Part shown: positions 1 to 6,334 of the stretch, piece by piece
Numbering within the stretch: the stretch's first letter is position 1
Layout of the letters: every line of letters starts with the position of its first letter
Assembly (NCBI GenBank): GCA_049699855.1
Contig: JBNAWM010000021.1
Coordinates: 1-17,177 of the forward strand
Length of the DNA: 17,177 nucleotides
From: Candidatus Cryosericum sp.
Lineage (GTDB): Bacteria > Caldisericota > Caldisericia > Cryosericales > Cryosericaceae
Reading direction: 5' to 3'
Made by a program: the position numbers and the translations under genes
The notes under the pieces: model-generated
Told to the model about the DNA's origin: nothing
Database searches by the model: none
What the model saw: only the letters and a program-made list of their open reading frames with translations

Positions 1-278
1 TCCTCGGCCTTGACATCGGCTGCAAGCATCTCCTTGAGGGATTCGCCCACGACGATAGGCTGGGGCTTCGTTGTTGGCGTTCCGCCAAGATAGAAGAGCC
101 GCTCGGCAATCATCTCGGCATGTTTCATCTCCTCAATACCAATCTTCTCAAACTCATCTTTCACCGAGAAGTGTTTTACGCCTTTCCACTGCACGTGCTG
201 CCACATATACTGGATTGAGACCTGGAGTTCGCCCGCGATCGCGTCATTCAACATGCCTAGTAACTTCTTGGATGCCAC
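1..278 (-). CDS. Bacterioferritin/ferritin-like diiron protein, 3' end truncated by the window edge (absent from the ORF track)
   Basis: Manual translation from GTG at 278, with SD GGAGG at 283-287: MASKKLLGMLNDAIAGELQVSIQYMWQH...IGIEEMKHAEMIAERLFYLGGTP.... This aligns by eye to Bfr ferroxidase residues E18, Y25, E51, H54 and heme-ligand M52 (DEMKH in E. coli Bfr). The frame is open to base 1. Confidence 0.88.
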   Translation of the reverse strand, partial: MASKKLLGMLNDAIAGELQVSIQYMWQHVQWKGVKHFSVKDEFEKIGIEEMKHAEMIAERLFYLGGTPTTKPQPIVVGESLKEMLAADVKAE

Positions 279-291
279 TATTCCTCCTCTC

Positions 292-374
292 GGCAGTCTG
301 ATGGACGCGTATCATGTATCCATCACTGCCACCAGCAAGCCGCCTTCAATTCAGGCAGACCACCTGCATTGAAG
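292..374 (-). promoter_or_regulatory. Two tandem stem-loops in the putative 5' leader of the ferritin-like gene
   Basis: Hairpin 344-374 (mRNA CUUCAAU-G-CAGG-loop-CCUG-A-AUUGAAG) and hairpin 292-330 (GGCAG-UGAUGGA...UCCAUCA-GA-CUGCC). The second ends a few nt before the SD. Confidence 0.5.
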
Positions 375-425
375 CTCCAATTTGACCGCGATCCTGTCAC
401 GCACACATCTTGAAGTGCTGGCTCA

Positions 426-455
426 ATACTAGCACAGACAGCTTGCCCGTGTCAA
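426..455 (-). promoter_or_regulatory. Putative sigma70-type promoter for the ferritin-like gene
   Basis: TTGACA (455-450), 18-nt spacer, TAGTAT (431-426) with an extended TGn. It lies just downstream of the ylqD terminator. Confidence 0.6.
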
Positions 456-462
456 GCCCACC

Positions 463-499
463 ATAAAGCAAAAAGGGCAGAGCGCCGGCGCTCTGCCCT
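463..499 (-). terminator. Rho-independent terminator closing the aspS...ylqD run
   Basis: Perfect 26-nt palindrome AGGGCAGAGCGCCGGCGCTCTGCCCT (474-499), followed on the minus strand by a T-tract (TTTTGCTTTAT). It starts 23 nt after the ylqD stop. Confidence 0.9.
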
Positions 500-522
500 G
501 AAGTGTTCTCTGGTGAAGTCTA

Positions 523-930
523 TCAGTCTATGGAAAGAATGACCCCATCCTGGACCAGGACCGAGGTCGAACCGATCTTCTGAAAGAGGTTGTCTCCAAC
601 CTTGACTTCCACTGTACCCTCGAGAGCGCCCTGGACATAGATGGATCCAAGCTCCAGCTTTGAAACCTCAGCCTTCTTGGCCTCAAGGTCCATTACCATC
701 TGCTCCTGTTTTGCTTTCTCTTCCTGGAGTTGAGCTTTAACCAAGTCATCATACTGCCCGCCAACACCGCCACGAAGAATCACCTGGGACAGTGAGGATT
801 TCAACCGCTCAAGATTCTGCTTCGCTTCACTGGTTGCCTTGTCCAGATCCTTGAGGTAGCTGTCCTTGAACTGCTGTGTCACGACTGTCTTGATAAGAAC
901 ATTCTGTTTCATCCAAACGCTGGTTGCCAT
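523..930 (-). CDS. ylqD: YlqD-family protein
   Basis: 135 aa with V.IK.VVT..FK at the N-terminus, a central coiled coil and a C-terminal QG.LEG.VEVKVGDNL....I.V.DG. It sits at the conserved position after rpsP-khpA. Confidence 0.82.
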   Translation of the reverse strand: MATSVWMKQNVLIKTVVTQQFKDSYLKDLDKATSEAKQNLERLKSSLSQVILRGGVGGQYDDLVKAQLQEEKAKQEQMVMDLEAKKAEVSKLELGSIYVQGALEGTVEVKVGDNLFQKIGSTSVLVQDGVILSID

Positions 931-938
931 TTGTCTTG

Positions 939-1211
939 TTACTCCTCTTCCAGGCCCCCATTGGCCTGTTCCTCATCATTCATGCTGTCAATCTGCACCG
1001 TTGCCACAAGCCCGTTTTTCGCAGAGGCAGCCCTGACAAGCGTTCGGATGGCCTGAGCAGTGCGCCCCTGTTTCCCGATCACCTTGCCCGCGTCCTTCTG
1101 GGCGACTTTGATCTCATATGTCGTCCCCTGATCAGTCGAGTTCTCGCTGACAACAACCTCTTCGGGGGTGTCGACGAGTGCCTTGACAATGGTTTCGACC
1201 AACTGCTTCAT
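939..1211 (-). CDS. khpA: KH-domain RNA-binding protein KhpA (YlqC)
   Basis: MKQLVETIVKALVDTPEEV...DAGKVIGKQGRTAQAIRT, with the GxxG KH loop. It lies directly after rpsP. Confidence 0.93.
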   Translation of the reverse strand: MKQLVETIVKALVDTPEEVVVSENSTDQGTTYEIKVAQKDAGKVIGKQGRTAQAIRTLVRAASAKNGLVATVQIDSMNDEEQANGGLEEE

Positions 1212-1241
1212 ACAGCGCCTCCTGCCACAAGCCTGACAGCG

Positions 1242-1511
1242 CTACTTGGCTGTCTTGCTTGCAACAAACCGCTGCCAGATGCCGTTGTGCTTGAGAAGAT
1301 TGCGAACTGAATCGGTCGGTTGTGCTCCCAGCCCAAGCCAGTATGCGACGCGTTCCTCGCTCACTTCAATCTTTGGCACCTTGGGATTGGGATCGTAGTA
1401 ACCCAATGTCTCGATAACTGCGCCATTGGTGGGCTTCTTGCGATCGAGCACGACAAAACGATAATGAGCCTGATGTTTGGTTCCAGTCCTTGCGAGCTTG
1501 ATGCTTACCAT
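1242..1511 (-). CDS. rpsP: 30S ribosomal protein S16
   Basis: True start is ATG at 1511 (SD GGAGG at 1516-1520), not 1688. MVSIKLARTG.K..AHYRFVV.D...IETLGYYDP...YWLGLGAQPTDSV; 89 aa. Confidence 0.96.
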   Translation of the reverse strand: MVSIKLARTGTKHQAHYRFVVLDRKKPTNGAVIETLGYYDPNPKVPKIEVSEERVAYWLGLGAQPTDSVRNLLKHNGIWQRFVASKTAK

Positions 1512-1539
1512 GTTTCCTCCTGTTGCATACGTGCGAGTG

Positions 1540-2853
1540 CTAGAATCCGGGCAACCCGAAGCCGCCGGAATGTCTATTGTTCGCCATCTTTGCCATGCGG
1601 CCGAACAATTCAAACTGCTTGAGCATCCTGTTGATATCGCTGACGTCCACACCCGCCCCACGAGCGATACGACGCTTGCGGGACGCATTCAGAATGCCTG
1701 GATTGCGCCTTTCAGTGTCCGTCATCGAGTCGATAATAGCTGTGAACCTCTTTGCAACGCCCTCATCGGCGACCGCTCCCTTGGGAAGCATGTTCGACGG
1801 AAGGCTCTCAAGCATTTTATTTATACCACCAACTTGAGCTATTTCAAGCAGTTGATCGCGGAGGTCGTAAAGGTCAAACTTCCCTGTTTGAACTTTCCTG
1901 GCCACCGCAGTCGCCTTGGCTCGATGCTCGGCGTCGTCATATCGTCTGAGAAGCCCTTCCATGTCGCCATACCCTACGATACGCGCCGCATGTCGCTCGG
2001 GCACAAAATAGTCCAGGTCCTCGAGATGCTCTCCCACTCCGACATACCGGATCGGCTTGCCGATGGACGCCTTGAACGAAAGAACCGCACCTCCCTGAGC
2101 AGGAGAATCAAACTTTGTGAAGATAGCCCCAGTCAGCGGAGCAACTTTGTCAAAACTCTGGGACAATGGAATGGCTTTCGAACCAATCATTGAGTCAAGC
2201 ACAATGAGCGTTTCATCGGGCTTGTAGAGAGCAGTGACCATGTGCAGCTGATCCATGAGTTCGGCATCGAACTCGTGGCGTCCCTGCGTATCCAGCAGCT
2301 CCACGTCGAGAGACTTCTCGCGTGCGAACCGATCCGCACCTCGCAGGAGATCTTCCAGCGCGTCGGCATGCTCACCAAAGAACTCCACACCTGCATCTGC
2401 CGCCAGCTTCTGAAGCTGCTGGTACGCTGCAGGCCGCCCGAAGTCGCCTGGAATGAGCAGCGGATAGTGGCCCTCCTTCTTGAGAAGCAGTGCCAGTTTG
2501 CCGAGCGTCGTGGTCTTGCCTGATCCCTGAAGCCCCACGAGCATGACTCGATAGGGGATATGCGTCACGGCGATCCCCTTGCTCCCAGGTCCGCCCAGCT
2601 CCTGTATCAGTTGCTCATACAAGACTTTGGTTACCTGATCACCAGGAGTCATGCTGCTCAGGACTCGTTCGTCCAGACACGCCTCTCGCGTACGAGCTAT
2701 GAAGGACTTGACAACCCGGTAGTCAACATCGGCTGCAAGCAGACTGACCCGTACCTCTGTCAGCGCAGCATCGATGTCTCCCTGTGACAGCAAGCCTTTC
2801 CGGCGAAGTCCATCGAAGACCCCGCCCAACGCCTTCTTTACTGACTCAAACAC
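1540..2853 (-). CDS. ffh: Signal recognition particle protein Ffh
   Basis: N-domain LLAADV, P-loop GLQGSGKTTT, RPAA, DTQGR (variant of DTAGR), TKFD, and M-domain IDSMT..ER.NP..LNASRKRRIARGAG. Confidence 0.96.
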   Translation of the reverse strand: MFESVKKALGGVFDGLRRKGLLSQGDIDAALTEVRVSLLAADVDYRVVKSFIARTREACLDERVLSSMTPGDQVTKVLYEQLIQELGGPGSKGIAVTHIPYRVMLVGLQGSGKTTTLGKLALLLKKEGHYPLLIPGDFGRPAAYQQLQKLAADAGVEFFGEHADALEDLLRGADRFAREKSLDVELLDTQGRHEFDAELMDQLHMVTALYKPDETLIVLDSMIGSKAIPLSQSFDKVAPLTGAIFTKFDSPAQGGAVLSFKASIGKPIRYVGVGEHLEDLDYFVPERHAARIVGYGDMEGLLRRYDDAEHRAKATAVARKVQTGKFDLYDLRDQLLEIAQVGGINKMLESLPSNMLPKGAVADEGVAKRFTAIIDSMTDTERRNPGILNASRKRRIARGAGVDVSDINRMLKQFELFGRMAKMANNRHSGGFGLPGF

Positions 2854-2862
2854 GTTCCAGCC

Positions 2863-3285
2863 CTAGATGTTGTGAACGTTGCGGCTTACCAACTTCTCAA
2901 AGAGCTCTTTCAGCTCAGCAAGGCTCTTCTCGCCCTGGGCGTCATGAGTCAGCTCACAGCATGCGTCGAGTTTGGACATGATCTTCCGGTACATGACTGC
3001 ATTCTTGCGGTAGTTGGCGATCAGCTGCAGCCTGTTTTCGCAACGTCTCATCCGGCTGAGCGATCGACGAATGTGGTCATGAACAGCCTGGCGCGAGATG
3101 CGCAGCATGCGGGCAACCTCTGCGCCAGAAAACTCGGGACGCACATACAATTCCAGGACGCCAAGCTCCTTCTTTGTCAACAGCCCCGAGTAGAACTCCA
3201 AGAGCTCTTCAATCTCTTCTTTGCGCCGGATCTTCTTCTCGTGACCGGGAGTGATGTTTGGCTTTTCTTTACCCTTGTTCTGCAT
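2863..3285 (-). CDS. ylxM: YlxM/UPF0122-family HTH protein (SRP-associated)
   Basis: LLEFYSGLLTKKE...S.AEVA..L.ISRQAVHD.IRR....M...E..L.L. It sits between ftsY and ffh, with SD AAGGAG upstream. Confidence 0.85.
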   Translation of the reverse strand: MQNKGKEKPNITPGHEKKIRRKEEIEELLEFYSGLLTKKELGVLELYVRPEFSGAEVARMLRISRQAVHDHIRRSLSRMRRCENRLQLIANYRKNAVMYRKIMSKLDACCELTHDAQGEKSLAELKELFEKLVSRNVHNI

Positions 3286-3341
3286 TGTTCAACTCCTTGA
3301 TGGAATATGATGGAGTACTGCTGAGATCATACCTGCTCACC

Positions 3342-4319
3342 TCAATCTGACAGCAATATCATGTCCACGATATCGTCTTTGTCAAATGGTTTTATACTCA
3401 TGAGTGTTTCACCATTGCACACCAGCTTGACCGGGATTTTCAGCTCCCGTGCAATGCCGATGATACTGCCCCCCTTGGCGCCAGAGTCAACCTTGGTGAG
3501 GATAATACCCGAAACATGGATGGCTTCGCTGAATGCCCGAGCCTGCATCAGTGCATTTTCTCCAGTCGTCGCATCAATAACCAGCAGTGTCTCCGACAGA
3601 GAAAGACCAAATTTGCTCTCGATGATTCGAACAACCTTCTGAAGTTCGGCGATGAGATTCTTCTTATTCTCCAGGCGTCCTGCAGTATCGATGATCACGA
3701 CGTCAACGTGATCTGCGACTGCCTTCTGAAGCCCATTGAAGACAACGCTGGAGGGATCCTGCCCCTCCACCGAACGCATGACGGGGACGCCGACGCGCTC
3801 AGCAAGAATGGCCAGCTGATCGACAGCTCCTGCCCGGAAGGTATCAGCGGCCACGAGAAGGACCTTGCGGTTCTCATTCTTTAACATGTTGGCAAGCTTT
3901 GCTATCGAGGAGGTCTTGCCAGCCCCATTCACCCCAGTGACCAGTACAACTGCCGGCGCTCCTGTCAAGTGAAGCGTGCTGTCCAGATCGAGAACAGCAT
4001 TCAATTTGGTCCTGATGCGACTAATCACCTGTTCAGCCGTGGGGCGCCCAAGCAATCCGCCTCCGCCGACTTCCTGCAATATCCCCATCGCCGTGTCCAC
4101 GTCTATGCCGGCATCGATAAGCAGCTCTTCGAGCTTCTCGAGATCAGCGGCCAGGCGGCGATTCGGCTTCTCCTTCTGCGAAATGCCTGTCATGCCCGTT
4201 CCGCTGGTTTGTTCCTGAGAAACGACCGCGGCCACCTCAACTTCACGAGACGCACCCGACTCGGTCGAGTCAGGCGCTTCCCCTCCAAACAACTGTTTGA
4301 TGCGCGAAAGAAAGCTCAT
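3342..4319 (-). CDS. ftsY: SRP receptor GTPase FtsY (short acidic region)
   Basis: GVNGAGKTSSIAKLA, AADTFRAGA..QL, DTAGRL, TKVDSGAKGG. The start overlaps the rnc stop (ATGA). Confidence 0.96.
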   Translation of the reverse strand: MSFLSRIKQLFGGEAPDSTESGASREVEVAAVVSQEQTSGTGMTGISQKEKPNRRLAADLEKLEELLIDAGIDVDTAMGILQEVGGGGLLGRPTAEQVISRIRTKLNAVLDLDSTLHLTGAPAVVLVTGVNGAGKTSSIAKLANMLKNENRKVLLVAADTFRAGAVDQLAILAERVGVPVMRSVEGQDPSSVVFNGLQKAVADHVDVVIIDTAGRLENKKNLIAELQKVVRIIESKFGLSLSETLLVIDATTGENALMQARAFSEAIHVSGIILTKVDSGAKGGSIIGIARELKIPVKLVCNGETLMSIKPFDKDDIVDMILLSD

Positions 4320-5110
4320 GAGCTGGATTCGATCTTCCGGGGGTGTTCAACAAGAAACGCGTCAAGCGCGGCTCGAGCGGCATCTTCCTCGGCTTTCTTC
4401 TTGGATGAACCGCGACCTTCGCCATACAGAACATTACCGATATACACGAGCGAAGTGAAAACGTCTGAACCATCTTCGCCTCGCGCTGTCTCTGTTGCGT
4501 ACACCGGCAGCAAGCGGACGCTGCGCTGTGTCTCTTCCTGCAAGGCAGTCTTGTGGTCCAAAATGGCACCATTGTGCAAGTCGGCAATTGCCTTGTGAAA
4601 AGCCATGCTGACAAACTTCTCGGCCGCATGCATTCCACTGTCAAAGTAGATGGCCGCCGTCAAAGCCTCAAAACCGTCCGCAAGAATGGCCGGCTTCCGT
4701 TCGTCGCGCAGCTTGTCTTCACCCTTCCCCAGCAGAAGGTACTTGTCCAGTCCCAATTCAACAGCGCGTTCATAGACTCCTTGTTCTTTGACCAGAGCCG
4801 CACGCATCTTGGAGAGATCGCCCTCATTGGCTTCGGGGAATTCGAGAAAGAGCAGCTTGGCAACGATGAAATTGACGATACCGTCACCGACAAACTCAAG
4901 TTTCTCATTGGATGTATAGCTGTGATGTTCACTCGCAAAAGAACTGTGCGTCAGCGCAACAACCAGGTATCGCAGATTCTTGAACGGGACTGGAAGCGTC
5001 TTGTTGAACTCCTGAGCGCGTTCCATGACAAGAGCACTCGTGAAATCCTGTTTGGGAACGACAATCTGGTGTACAGCGGTCTTTCGCTTTCCGTGCACCC
5101 CGTCTGTCAT
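4316..5110 (-). CDS. rnc: Ribonuclease III
   Basis: ALTHSS, signature NEKLEFVGD, EGDLSKMRAALV, LGKGE, LADGFEAL..AIY.D.G and dsRBD DHKTALQE...GRGSSKKKAEEDAA. Start placed at the ATGA overlap with the plsX stop (5110); 5116 is an alternative. Confidence 0.95.
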   Translation of the reverse strand: MTDGVHGKRKTAVHQIVVPKQDFTSALVMERAQEFNKTLPVPFKNLRYLVVALTHSSFASEHHSYTSNEKLEFVGDGIVNFIVAKLLFLEFPEANEGDLSKMRAALVKEQGVYERAVELGLDKYLLLGKGEDKLRDERKPAILADGFEALTAAIYFDSGMHAAEKFVSMAFHKAIADLHNGAILDHKTALQEETQRSVRLLPVYATETARGEDGSDVFTSLVYIGNVLYGEGRGSSKKKAEEDAARAALDAFLVEHPRKIESSS

Positions 5111-6096
5111 GCCCACAATGCCTCAAGCTTCTTCACCAGGCCCTGGTCGCTCACGTCCTTTGCGACACGAATGGCATGGTAGATGGCCGTGGCGTCCGAT
5201 CTCCCGTGACAGACAACGCTGATGCCCTTGACTCCCAGCAGTGGGGCTCCACCATATTGGCTGTAGTCAAGCTTCTCCTTGACCATACGCAGATCTCCGC
5301 GCGCCAGCGCCCCCCCGATCTTGCCTTTGAGCGAATTGCCAAGAGCGGACTTTATCAGTCCAAACAGCGCTTCTGCTGTACCCTCAATGGTCTTTGTGAA
5401 GATGTTTCCCGTAAATCCGTCACTCACCACAACGTCAGCAGCATGACGGAACACATCCTTCGGTTCGATGTTGCCGACAAATGCAGGGTCCCGCGACGAC
5501 AGCAGCTTATGCGCCTCGATTGCCGGACGGGATCCTTTCTCAGCCTCCTCGCCAATGTTGAGAAGTCCAACCGTGGGAGTCTGTTTGCCTGTGACAAGGC
5601 TGCAGTATACCTGTCCCATCCGGGCGAACTGAAGGATATTCTCAGGAACGCAGTCGGAAACCGCCCCAACATCGATGAAATAGGATGGGTCGCCCGTCAG
5701 CGACGGAACCGGCGTGATCAGTCCCGGACGCAGAACGCCACGAATACGCCCGAGGACAAACAGCGAGATGGCCATCTGGGCCCCCGTATTGCCGGCCGAG
5801 ACAATCGCATCGCACTTTCCCTGTGCAACAAGCTGAATCGACCGATAGAGAGACGAATCCTTGCGCAGCCGCAATGCCTCCGAGGGATGGTCATGAAAAG
5901 TGATGACCTGGGTCGTTGGGACAACCTCGCAGGAAAATGCGGGGCCAGTGCTGTAGGATGACAGCTCGCTCTTGATGGCTGCCTCATCGCCAGTAAGCAC
6001 GATAGTGACACCTAATTTGCGTGCGGCTTCTACGGCACCCTTGATAATCTCATGGGGGGCATAATCGCCCCCCATGGCATCTATCGCAACTCTCAT
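5107..6096 (-). CDS. plsX: Phosphate acyltransferase PlsX
   Basis: MRVAIDAMGGDYAP, VSAGNTGA, VGLLNIGEE..KG, DVVVSDGFTGN..K, YGGAPLLG, CHGRS. Confidence 0.97.
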   Translation of the reverse strand: MRVAIDAMGGDYAPHEIIKGAVEAARKLGVTIVLTGDEAAIKSELSSYSTGPAFSCEVVPTTQVITFHDHPSEALRLRKDSSLYRSIQLVAQGKCDAIVSAGNTGAQMAISLFVLGRIRGVLRPGLITPVPSLTGDPSYFIDVGAVSDCVPENILQFARMGQVYCSLVTGKQTPTVGLLNIGEEAEKGSRPAIEAHKLLSSRDPAFVGNIEPKDVFRHAADVVVSDGFTGNIFTKTIEGTAEALFGLIKSALGNSLKGKIGGALARGDLRMVKEKLDYSQYGGAPLLGVKGISVVCHGRSDATAIYHAIRVAKDVSDQGLVKKLEALWA

Positions 6097-6099
6097 GCC

Positions 6100-6312
6100 C
6101 TAGGCGGCAGGCTTTTCCTTCTTCTCTTCCTGCTTCACCACGAGCTTGCCGTCATAATACCCACAGTATGGGCAGACGTGATGCGCGCGAATAAGCTTGT
6201 TGCAGTGGCCACAGTGCACAAGCGGGCTGTGGTTGTTGGCAAAGCGCATCTTGACCTTGCTGTATCTGTTGCCCTTTCTGCTGTGGGTTATCTTCTTCTT
6301 CGGATTTGCCAT
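6100..6312 (-). CDS. rpmF: 50S ribosomal protein L32 (zinc-binding, four-Cys form)
   Basis: MANPKKKITHSRKG.R...CGHC......HHVCPYCGYYDG. It has SD AGGAGG and precedes plsX. Confidence 0.95.
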   Translation of the reverse strand: MANPKKKITHSRKGNRYSKVKMRFANNHSPLVHCGHCNKLIRAHHVCPYCGYYDGKLVVKQEEKKEKPAA

Positions 6313-6334
6313 TCAACTTCCTCCTGAACGAGAA

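Noticed and set aside
71..301. 76-aa plus-strand ORF in the track
   Set aside because: It is the antisense shadow of the ferritin-like gene, with no SD and no recognisable motif.
279..520. SRP RNA gene or eukaryote-type iron-responsive element near ffh and the ferritin gene
   Set aside because: No SRP helix-8 GNRA/GGAA-AGCAG motif is visible. The CAGTG present lies in a stem, not in an apical loop.
1512..1688. N-terminal extension of S16 in the ORF track
   Set aside because: It overlaps the ffh 3' end. The strong SD and the S16 homology both begin at ATG 1511.
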